DNA from: Candidatus Limnocylindrales bacterium
GTDB taxonomy: Bacteria; Chloroflexota; Limnocylindria; Limnocylindrales; CSP1-4
DNA: 64,000 nt
Direction: 5' to 3'
NCBI GenBank assembly: GCA_025450915.1
Contig: JANWLH010000066.1
Span: 6,117-70,116 of the forward strand
The notes under the pieces: generated by a model
The model's input: the letters and a program-made list of their open reading frames with translations, nothing else
Told to the model about the DNA's origin: nothing
The model's database searches: none
Translations under genes and position numbers: made by a program
In this document: piece after piece, positions 8,421 to 16,440 of the stretch
Layout: each line of letters opens with the position of its first letter
Numbering within the stretch: the first letter of the stretch is position 1

Positions 8421-9938
8421 TCACGCCCGGCCGAGCATCGGGGCGAGGATCCCGGCGAGGTCCGACCGCGCGGACGCCGTCCGATAGTCGAGGAGCGGAT
8501 GGGCCTCGATCGGGTGCTCCGTGACGGTACCGTCGCGGCGCAGGTAGACCACCGGGTAGACCGCCCCGGTGCCGTCGGTCTCGAGCGTCGCGGCGATCGC
8601 ATCCGGACCACCGGCATCAACGAACCAGGCCAGTGGAACGATCCCGTCGTCGCGAATGCCCTCGGTCGGATCGAGGCTCAGCACCCGGGCAAGGTAAGCC
8701 CGCTGGTGCCACAGCTCCGGCCCCAGGGTGAGCTCGTCGAGGACGAAGTCGACAACCTGGTCCCTGGCCACCGCGGGCCGCTCGTCGGCCCGAGCAAAGC
8801 GGGTCGTGGCAATGTGCCGGGCGAGGACACGGGCGTTGTACCGGGCGCCCTGGACGGCACCCGAGTTCGACGGAATGCCGTGCTTCTTCAAGCCGGCCGA
8901 CCCCTGGCCGATCGTGCCGGCAAAGAAGATCCCGGGCACCGTCGCGCTCTCCCAGTACGGCGTCTGGGCCGGCAGGCGGCTCTGGCCGAACGTCGCCACG
9001 CCCAGGTCGGGCAGGTCGAGCAGCGGCGCGACGAAGCCGGTCGCGGCGATGACGTCGTCGGCGTCGAAGACCATCTCGACCGAGTCGAGCGAACGCCGGG
9101 TGACGACTCGGAAGGGCGCTCCGTCCGCATCACCGCGCTCGATCCGCTCGATCGCCGCGTCGAGGATCGCCACGCCGCCACCCAGCACATGGTCCTCGTA
9201 GGGCTGGACGTAGCGCGCCCGGATCCCGACGAGGGAGTGCGTGTTCACCGACAGCTTGGCGGGCGACGGCGACGCGATGACGATCCGCTTCGCCCACGGC
9301 AGCATCCCGCTGGCCAGCTCGAAGCCCGAGTTCTGCTTGCCGATGATGAAGATCCGGCGGTCCGCGTACTGCTCGACCGGGCGGGTGTCGGCGTAGTGCG
9401 CCGCGAGCTCCATCCCCGGGCTGGTCGGTCGCCACGGTTCGGCGACGCCGACCGCGAACACGAGGGTCCCCGCGGTATACGTCCCGTCGCTCGTCTGGAG
9501 CTCGAACCGGCCGTCATCGAGCCGGCGCGTGCCGGTCCAGCGGCAACCGAAGCGGACACGCAGTCCGGTGCGGCTCACGAACGCCTCGAGCCCGGCCTGC
9601 ATCTCCGGGCGGCTCGGGAAGTAGGAGGTGCCGTCCATCAGGCCGACCATCACCGCCCGGTGCTCGTCGGTCTCGGGGATCAGGCTGTTCCAGTCGTAGC
9701 GCTCGTAGGGTCGGGTGCCCCGGGCAACCGGCGCGAACGGCTTGGTCCAGGACAACAGGCGCTGGAAGAACGGCCATCGCCGGAACATGCCGGCCGGCTG
9801 CATGTCGGCCGACAGGACGGCGTGGTCGATCCCGTGACCGCGCAGGGCCGAGGAGACCTGCAGGCCACCCGGCCCACTCCCGACGACGATCAGTGGATAG
9901 TCGCCCGGCGGGAACGGGCGCTCGGTCAGCTCCGCCAC
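8421..9938 (-). CDS. FAD/NAD(P)-dependent oxidoreductase (flavin monooxygenase-like) with extra C-terminal domain
   Basis: LIVVGSGPGGLQ (GxGxxG), a second dinucleotide motif IFIIGKQNSGFE, and ATGF near the C-terminal end of the core. Confidence 0.85.
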   Translation of the reverse strand: MAELTERPFPPGDYPLIVVGSGPGGLQVSSALRGHGIDHAVLSADMQPAGMFRRWPFFQRLLSWTKPFAPVARGTRPYERYDWNSLIPETDEHRAVMVGLMDGTSYFPSRPEMQAGLEAFVSRTGLRVRFGCRWTGTRRLDDGRFELQTSDGTYTAGTLVFAVGVAEPWRPTSPGMELAAHYADTRPVEQYADRRIFIIGKQNSGFELASGMLPWAKRIVIASPSPAKLSVNTHSLVGIRARYVQPYEDHVLGGGVAILDAAIERIERGDADGAPFRVVTRRSLDSVEMVFDADDVIAATGFVAPLLDLPDLGVATFGQSRLPAQTPYWESATVPGIFFAGTIGQGSAGLKKHGIPSNSGAVQGARYNARVLARHIATTRFARADERPAVARDQVVDFVLDELTLGPELWHQRAYLARVLSLDPTEGIRDDGIVPLAWFVDAGGPDAIAATLETDGTGAVYPVVYLRRDGTVTEHPIEAHPLLDYRTASARSDLAGILAPMLGRA

Positions 9939-10360
9939 CGGTTCGCGTTACGCAGCCGGCGGGCCGACGCCTGGAGCATCCGGTACATCAGCGTCGGGTG
10001 GTCGTTCAGGAACCCCTCCACGGCCGAGCTGGCCAGGACCAGGCAGCGCAGGGTGCCCAAGGCAACGACATCGGCCACCGGTGGCTCCCCGAGGAGGATC
10101 GACACCTCACCAAAGAACTCGCCCCGCGAGAGCTTCGCGCGCTCCTCGCCGTCGACCCGGATCGAGGCCTGGCCATCGAGGATCAGGTACAGCCCGCTGC
10201 CGGTCATCCCCTGGCGGAGGACCCGCTCGCCATCCTTGAACCAGGCTTCCTCGAACGCGTGGGCGACGCCCATGAGCTGGGGCGTGGTCAGATCGGCGAA
10301 CAACGCGAAGCCGGCCAGCTCATCGGCGATCTCAGCGCTATCGGCCATCGTCCCGCTCAA
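9926..10360 (-). CDS. Stand-alone cyclic-nucleotide-binding (CNB/CAP-effector) domain protein
   Basis: Motifs FKDGERVLRQGMTGSGLYLILDG and FFGEVSIL. It overlaps the downstream flavoenzyme gene by 13 nt. The start could also be ATG 10348. Confidence 0.85.
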   Translation of the reverse strand: MSGTMADSAEIADELAGFALFADLTTPQLMGVAHAFEEAWFKDGERVLRQGMTGSGLYLILDGQASIRVDGEERAKLSRGEFFGEVSILLGEPPVADVVALGTLRCLVLASSAVEGFLNDHPTLMYRMLQASARRLRNANRWRS

Positions 10361-10448
10361 CCCTCCGACGACCGGGGATGTATCCCGCGCGGCCGTGTTC
10401 TAGCATCCTATACGCTGGAACCCGGGCCCGAAACCCGATCGACCAGCG

Positions 10449-13196
10449 ATGGAGGGCATAGCGCCGGAGGTCAGGACCCAGATCACCGCCCCTGCTCTGC
10501 CGAGCGGCACCCTGACCTTCCTGTTCACCGACATCGAGGGTTCCACGAAGCTCGTCCAGGAGCTCGGTCCCGAATCATACGGCGAGATCCTCGCCCGTCA
10601 CCGCGAGCTGCTCCGCGGCGCATGGGCCGCCCATGGCGGCCTCGAGATCGGCACCGAGGGCGACTCGTTCTTCGTCGTCTTCACCTCGGCGCCGGCGGCG
10701 GTCGCCGCGGCCGTCGACGCACAGCGGGCCCTGGCCGCCACCGAGTTCCCGTATGGCGTCGGCGCGATCCGCGTCCGGATGGGCCTCCACACCGGGCTGG
10801 GCATGATCAGTGGCGGGACGTATGTGGGGGCCGACGTGAACCGGGCAGCCCGGGTTGCGGCGGCCGCCAATGGCGGCCAGGTGGTCCTGTCATCGGCGAC
10901 CGTGCCCCTCCTTGCCGGCGACCTGCCGCCGGGAGTCCGGACCCGCGATGTCGGCGAGCACCGGCTCAAGGATCTGCGCCCCGAACGACTGACGATCCTG
11001 GAGATCGACGGGGTCGTCGATGATCCCCGGCCGATCCGCTCGCTCGACAGCCGTCCGAACAACCTGCCGACCCAGGTGACCTCGTTCGTCGGACGGACGA
11101 CCGAGCTGGCGGAGACGACCGCGAGGCTCGGGGCGACGCGCCTGCTGACCCTGACCGGACCGGGCGGCACGGGCAAGACCCGACTGTCCCTCCAGCTCGC
11201 CGCCGCCGTCGCCGAACAGTTTCCCGAAGGCGTCTTCTTCGTGGCCCTCGAACCGATCCGGGAGCCGGCCCTGGTCGGGACCACGATCGCCGCCGTCCTC
11301 GGGATCGCCGAGGACACGAGCGCACCGATCGGACAACGGCTGAGTACCTGGATCGGGGCGCGCAAGATCCTGCTCGACCTGGACAACTTCGAGCAGGTGA
11401 TCGAGGCCGCGCCGCTGATCGGCGAGCTGCTCCGATCGACCAGCGAGCTCAAGCTGATCGTCTCGAGCCGGTCGCCGTTGCGCATCTCCGGCGAGCAGGA
11501 GTACCCCGTCCCCGGCCTGCCGACGCCGCCCGATCCGTCTGCCCAGGGCGCCCTGGAACGGGCGCGGCTCGGCGACGACTCGGGCCGGGCGGATCTCGCC
11601 GCGCTCTCGCGCTACGAATCCGTCCGCCTGTTCGTGGCCCGGGCGAGTGCCGTGAGGCCGGCGTTCCGGCTCACCGACGAGAACGCCGCGGCGGTGGCCG
11701 GCATCGTCATCCGCCTGCAGGGCATGCCCCTGGCGATCGAGCTTGCCGCCGCCCGGGTCAAGTTGCTGCCACCCGAGGCGATCCTCGAGCGGCTCCGCGA
11801 CCAGCTGGCCACGCTCGGCGGCGGTGCCCGCGACCTGCCCGAGCGTCAGCAGACCCTGCGCGGGGCGATTGCCTGGAGCTATGACCTGCTCGATGAGCCG
11901 GCCCAGCGCCTGCTCCGCCGGCTGTCGGTCTTTGCCGGCGGTTGCAGCCTGGAGCTGGCCGAGTCGATCTGCGGTCCGGCATCCGAGCTTGGGCTGGATG
12001 TCCTCGACGGAATCGAGGCGCTCGTCGACCAGAGCCTGCTGCGCTCGGAGGATGTCGGGGGCGAGGCGCGCTTCCGGATGCTCGAGACGATCCGGGCATT
12101 CGCCGGGGAGCAACTGGCCGCCAGCGGCGAATCGGACACGATCAGGGAGCGCCATGCGCGGGCCTTTGATGCGCTGGCCCGGGAGGCGGCCGAGGAGCTG
12201 TCCGGCAGCGAGCAGCGAACGTGGCTCGATCGGCTCGACGTCGAGCACGACAACCTCCGCGCGGCACTCGAGTGGGCCACGGCCCGACCCGACCCGGACG
12301 TCGCGATTCCGCTCGGGTTCGCCCTCTGGCGCTTCTGGCAGAAGCGGGGCTACCTGATCGAGGGCCGTCGACGCCTCGAGCACATCGCTGACCAGCCCTG
12401 GTCGAGCGACGATCCGGCCCTTCGGGCGCGGCTGATGGAGGCGCTCGGCGGGATCGCCTGGTGGCAGGCCGACATCCTCGCGATGTCCGGCTTCTACCAG
12501 GAGGCCCTCGAGCGCTGGCGATCGACCGGCGACCGGGCCGAGATCGCCAATGCGCTGTACAACGCGTCGTTCTCGTACGTCTTCGTCGGCCCCGGCGTCG
12601 ATGCATCGAACCTCGACCCGGATCGGATCGGCCTGGCCCTCATGGAGGAGGCGCTGGCGATCTACCGCGAGCTCGGCGACAAGCGTGGTGCGGGCAACGC
12701 GATCTGGGCGGTCGGCAACTGGCACTACTTCCACCAGCAAAAGGACGTCGCGCTGGGCAACTTCCGCGAGGCTCTCGAGCTGTTCTCGGCCACCAGCGAC
12801 GAGACGATGGTGGCCTGGGCCCACCGGATGCTGGGCGCGACGCTCCTCCGTCTCGACCAGGTCGACGAGGCCGCCGGTCACCTCGAGGCGGCGATGCGCC
12901 AGTTCAAGAGCGCCGGTGACACGTCGGCCCTGACCCTCGCCCTCGATGATTACTCGGCGCTGGCCGCCGCCCGCGGCGACCTGCCGCGCTCGGCCCGCCT
13001 GCATGGCGCCGCCCGGGCCCTCGCCCAGTCGACCGGAGCCAACCTCTCGAGCATGATCGACAACCTCGACGTGGCGAACGCGAATGCAGAGACTGCCCGA
13101 ACGCTGATGAGCGACGAGGAGATCGAGCGCCATGCGGCCGAGGGCCGGGCGATGAGCCTGGGCGATGCGGTGGCCTATGCGCTGGACGAACCCTGA
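10449..13196 (+). CDS. Class III adenylate/guanylate cyclase fused to NB-ARC/AAA (STAND) ATPase and TPR repeats
   Basis: TFLFTDIEGSTKL and GDSFFVVF are cyclase motifs. LTLTGPGGTGKTRL is a Walker A motif. The C-terminal third has repeated TPR-like helices (ALYNASF.., IWAVGNWHY..). Confidence 0.9.
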   Translation: MEGIAPEVRTQITAPALPSGTLTFLFTDIEGSTKLVQELGPESYGEILARHRELLRGAWAAHGGLEIGTEGDSFFVVFTSAPAAVAAAVDAQRALAATEFPYGVGAIRVRMGLHTGLGMISGGTYVGADVNRAARVAAAANGGQVVLSSATVPLLAGDLPPGVRTRDVGEHRLKDLRPERLTILEIDGVVDDPRPIRSLDSRPNNLPTQVTSFVGRTTELAETTARLGATRLLTLTGPGGTGKTRLSLQLAAAVAEQFPEGVFFVALEPIREPALVGTTIAAVLGIAEDTSAPIGQRLSTWIGARKILLDLDNFEQVIEAAPLIGELLRSTSELKLIVSSRSPLRISGEQEYPVPGLPTPPDPSAQGALERARLGDDSGRADLAALSRYESVRLFVARASAVRPAFRLTDENAAAVAGIVIRLQGMPLAIELAAARVKLLPPEAILERLRDQLATLGGGARDLPERQQTLRGAIAWSYDLLDEPAQRLLRRLSVFAGGCSLELAESICGPASELGLDVLDGIEALVDQSLLRSEDVGGEARFRMLETIRAFAGEQLAASGESDTIRERHARAFDALAREAAEELSGSEQRTWLDRLDVEHDNLRAALEWATARPDPDVAIPLGFALWRFWQKRGYLIEGRRRLEHIADQPWSSDDPALRARLMEALGGIAWWQADILAMSGFYQEALERWRSTGDRAEIANALYNASFSYVFVGPGVDASNLDPDRIGLALMEEALAIYRELGDKRGAGNAIWAVGNWHYFHQQKDVALGNFREALELFSATSDETMVAWAHRMLGATLLRLDQVDEAAGHLEAAMRQFKSAGDTSALTLALDDYSALAAARGDLPRSARLHGAARALAQSTGANLSSMIDNLDVANANAETARTLMSDEEIERHAAEGRAMSLGDAVAYALDEP

Positions 13197-13198
13197 GC

Positions 13199-13441
13199 AT
13201 GGCCGAAGCCTGGATCCGGATCCTCGCGGACGACCCGCCGGCTGGCCGAGCACCGCACCCGATCTCGTCCGCGATCGCGCACCCGCGCGCTGATCCCGCG
13301 CAACCGGCCGCCCGGTTGGTCGACGACGATCCCGCTTCGCTGATCCTCACCTGCGCGAACTGCGGGGCGGCGATGGACGAGCGGAAATGCAAGCTGATCT
13401 GCTCCTGTGGGTACTTCCTTTCGTGTTCCGACTACTACTAG
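13199..13441 (+). CDS. Cys-rich 80-aa protein (zinc-ribbon-like C-terminus)
   Basis: Starts 3 nt after the cyclase stop and has good GC3 bias. The C-terminus LTCANCGAAMDERKCKLICSCGYFLSCSDYY has the pattern C-x2-C-x8-C-x3-C-x-C-x5-C. Confidence 0.55.
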   Translation: MAEAWIRILADDPPAGRAPHPISSAIAHPRADPAQPAARLVDDDPASLILTCANCGAAMDERKCKLICSCGYFLSCSDYY

Positions 13442-13451
13442 GCACGGCCCG

Positions 13452-13862
13452 ATGACCGGCGCGCCGGGCGGCGGGCAGGCCGAGCGTTCGACCGTCGAGC
13501 GCTACTTCGCGGCGGTCAATGCCCGCGATGTCGCGTTGATCGTCGCGGACCTCGCCGATGACGCCGAGTGGTCATGGCCCGGCAGCGGCGAGGTCATCCG
13601 GGGACGAGCCACGATCGAGACCGTCGTCGCCCGGACACCGGCCCTGCCGCACGTCCTCGTCCACCGGATCATCGGCGGCCCGGACCTCGTGGCTGCCGTA
13701 TGGACGGCCGCCTATGGCGACGGCGTGCCGTGGCGCAACATCAGCCTCCTCGAGTTCCGCGATGGCAAGATCGTGGCCAAGACCGATGGCTTCGGGTCGG
13801 CCTTCGAGCCGCCCGCCTGGCGCCGCGAGCTCGTCGCGCTGGAGCCCCTGCCGAAGCCCTAG
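13452..13862 (+). CDS. SnoaL-like / NTF2-fold protein
   Basis: ORF 13407..13862 trimmed to ATG 13452. It has VERYFAAVNARD and LLEFRDGKIV, typical of the SnoaL/NTF2 fold. Confidence 0.7.
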   Translation: MTGAPGGGQAERSTVERYFAAVNARDVALIVADLADDAEWSWPGSGEVIRGRATIETVVARTPALPHVLVHRIIGGPDLVAAVWTAAYGDGVPWRNISLLEFRDGKIVAKTDGFGSAFEPPAWRRELVALEPLPKP

Positions 13863-14025
13863 ACCCACGGGCCGCGCCCGTTCCACAGGGCGTGGCGGCG
13901 GGATCTGCGCACGGGCGGTGGGATCTGCCCGGCGCTTGTTGCACCCCGGATCGGACGGATGACCAGGTGCCGCAGCCCTCGGGCGGCGGGGCTCGTTCCA
14001 CCGCCCGTCCGGTGCCCGCCCGAGC

Positions 14026-14895
14026 TCAGGTGACGGGCAGGTCTCGGCCGGCGGCGCGGGCGGCTTTGGCCTTGTCGGCCCAGGCCCCCAGGACGTTGTC
14101 CTTGTGCGGGCGGATCGGGCAGTGCTCGTCGCGGTTGCCCATCTCGTCGCAGTAGCCGAGGGCCACGCACTTGGGCGCGAGGAAGCTGCCCAGGAACGGG
14201 CTGACCTCGAAGATCTCGTGCCTGATCAGCTGGAAGAGCCGGCGGATCTCCCACTGGGCCATCGTGCACAGGCGGAGGCCCGACATGTGGATCAGGGCCC
14301 GCAGGTTCGTGGTCATCACGAGGTTCGTGCGGGTGGCGTTCGGGAACACGAACCGGGCGTCCTCACCGGGGATCCCGGCCGCCACGAGGTCGCTGTAGAG
14401 CTCCATCGAGCCCTCGATCTGCTCCTCGTAGCGCTGGCGCAGGTCGGGCTCGGCCTCGGCCAGCGTGCCGGGCAGCATCGTCGACGCGCCCTTGAACGTG
14501 ACGTAGCGCTGACTCTGCTGGTCGAACGCAACCCCGGCCCGGTGGCGGACGAGCTGGTGGCTCAGGGTCCGCGAGACACCACTGATCCCGAACGTGAACA
14601 CGATGTGCTCGATCGTGCTGCCGTGACCCGACTCGATCACGCCCTGGATCAGCTTGCGCTGCTTGGCGGGGTCGATCTGGCCATCGACGGCCCGCCGGAA
14701 GATCTCATCGGGGGCCAGCTCGGAGTAGCAGGTCCGACAGGCCGTGTAGATGAGCGGGACATAGAAGCGTTCGACGATGTCCCGATCCGGGAAAAGCAGG
14801 GTCGCCTTCATCCCGAGCTCGTGACGGCCCGGATTGCGCGGGATTCCCGTCTTCGCGCGGCCGGCGCCGGGGGCTGGAGTCGTCTCGGCCGTCAT
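14026..14895 (-). CDS. thyX: FAD-dependent thymidylate synthase ThyX with C-terminal Cys-containing extension
   Basis: ThyX motif LVRHRAGVAFDQQSQRY (RHRxxSxxxxSxRY) and GHGSTIEHIVFTF. The start is ambiguous: TTG 14904, ATG 14895, or ATG 14811 (MKATLLF). Confidence 0.9.
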   Translation of the reverse strand: MTAETTPAPGAGRAKTGIPRNPGRHELGMKATLLFPDRDIVERFYVPLIYTACRTCYSELAPDEIFRRAVDGQIDPAKQRKLIQGVIESGHGSTIEHIVFTFGISGVSRTLSHQLVRHRAGVAFDQQSQRYVTFKGASTMLPGTLAEAEPDLRQRYEEQIEGSMELYSDLVAAGIPGEDARFVFPNATRTNLVMTTNLRALIHMSGLRLCTMAQWEIRRLFQLIRHEIFEVSPFLGSFLAPKCVALGYCDEMGNRDEHCPIRPHKDNVLGAWADKAKAARAAGRDLPVT

Positions 14896-14959
14896 CGCCC
14901 GCAAGTGTAGCCCGCGAGTCGCGGACCGGACCCAGCCGGCTTGACGGAAGCGGCCGAGA

Positions 14960-15817
14960 TCAGGGCAGCTCGCGGACGAACCGGCGGATGACCCGGGCCA
15001 GGCGCGGGCCGGCCGAGGCCCCCGCGGCCAGGACCTCTTCGTGGCTGAGCGGCTCGCCCGAGTAACCGGCCCCGGGATTCGTGATCAGCGAGACACCCGC
15101 GACCTCGATCCCGGCCCAGCGGCAGGCGATCGCCTCGAGGACCGTCGACATCCCGACGGCGTCACCGCCCAGGCCGCGGAACATCCGGACCTCGGCCGGT
15201 GTCTCGTAGGTCGGGCCGAGCAGGCCGACGTAGATGCCCTCCTCGAGGTTCGTCTCTTCGGCCCGGGCCGCGGCATGAAGCGCGGCGCGATGAGCCGGCG
15301 CATAGACATCGGTCAGGTCGGGGAAGCGCGGCCCGATCTCGTCAGAGTTCGGACCGAGAAGGGGCGTCCGGCCGGTGAGGTTGAGGTGATCCGCGATCAC
15401 CATCAACGTGCCGGCGCCGTAGCCCGGGTTGAGGCCGCCGGCCGCGTTCGTCAGGACGACGGTCCGGGCACCGAGCCGGCCCATCAGCAGGACCGGCTGG
15501 ACGACGAGCCCCGGATCGTTGCCCTCGTACATGTGGAACCGGCCCTGGAGCATCGCGATCGGCACGCCGTCGAGCCGGCCCAGCAACAGCCGACCGACGT
15601 GACCCGGGGCGGTCGCCGCGGGCCAGCCGGGCAGGTCCGCGAACGGAATCGCCACGGCATCGGCGAGGTCGTCGGCAAGGCCGCCGAGGCCCGATCCGAG
15701 CACGATCCCCGCCCGGGGCACGAGGTCGGTGCGCGCCCTCACGGCCGCCTCGAGCGCGGCCAGCCTGGCAGGCTGTTCCGCCGGCGGGATCGGACGCCCG
15801 CGGTCGATGTCGGTCAT
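14960..15817 (-). CDS. punA: Purine nucleoside phosphorylase (PNP family 2)
   Basis: Motifs GIVLGSGLGGLAD, GRFHMYEG, VLTNAAGGLNP, GPTYETPAE and VGMSTVLEA. A TAGACT -10 box lies 6 nt upstream of the ATG. Confidence 0.9.
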   Translation of the reverse strand: MTDIDRGRPIPPAEQPARLAALEAAVRARTDLVPRAGIVLGSGLGGLADDLADAVAIPFADLPGWPAATAPGHVGRLLLGRLDGVPIAMLQGRFHMYEGNDPGLVVQPVLLMGRLGARTVVLTNAAGGLNPGYGAGTLMVIADHLNLTGRTPLLGPNSDEIGPRFPDLTDVYAPAHRAALHAAARAEETNLEEGIYVGLLGPTYETPAEVRMFRGLGGDAVGMSTVLEAIACRWAGIEVAGVSLITNPGAGYSGEPLSHEEVLAAGASAGPRLARVIRRFVRELP

Positions 15818-15917
15818 CGGCTGAGTCTAGCGTTCGGCGAAGCGCCGGCCCGGGGCCGGAATGGGTACCTGGTACCGCAAACCGGCGATATCCCCGGACC
15901 AACCGGCGACCGCCAAG

Positions 15918-16061
15918 CCGAATTCATCCCGAGCCACGCTCTGGGCGGCGCAACGAGCCGGCGCGTGGCAACGGATCGGCGTCGGAATGGGCCGAAACCG
16001 GCCATTTGATGTGCGGGGTACACAACCACGGGGGCCCACCCGCGGAACCACGGAACCGCGG
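15918..16061. repeat. Degenerate fragments of the intergenic hairpin-repeat family (see 39582-39962, 29724-29935)
   Basis: CCGAATTCATCCCG (15918-15931) resembles GCGAATTCTTCCCG, which leads into the 39582 arm. ATCGGCGTCGGAATGGGCC resembles ATCGGGCGTCGGGGCGGCC. ACCACGGGGGC (16025-16035) is the right-arm core. CCGCGGAACCACGGAACCGCGG (16040-16061) resembles CCGCGGAACGCGAACCGCGG (29923-29942). Confidence 0.4.
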
Positions 16062-16363
16062 TCGTCGCAGCAGTCGTCGAGGCGAACAGGCCCCGGACGC
16101 TTCGATCGCCCGAGCGGAGTATCGACACCGGGATGCCGATCGCGTCCATTCGGGCGATCCCCGTCGAGCGCGGGCCCGAAGGCCGCGTGGCGGGTAGAGA
16201 AGCGCCCGAAGCGACCGGTCAGTCGGCGAATGCCCTTGATGTGATCTCGAACTTCCGCTTTCCGATGGCCCCTTCGGGCAAGACGAATCATCGCCGGATC
16301 AACGCCCGATGGCAACGGCGTTATCCACGAGTTACCGGGGAACGCGCAATCCGTTTCCACCAA

Positions 16364-16380
16364 TCCACCGTCGCTGTGGA
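16364..16380 (-). terminator. Stem-loop downstream of moaA (candidate terminator)
   Basis: The minus-strand RNA UCCAC-AGCGACG-GUGGA followed by UUGGUGGAAAC lies about 60 nt after the moaA stop. The stem is only 5 bp and the U-tract is weak. Confidence 0.3.
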
Positions 16381-16440
16381 CATCAGGTGGACAACGCGAC
16401 GGGCTCGCCCAGCCAACGCTCGGCCACGGCGCGACGAGGC

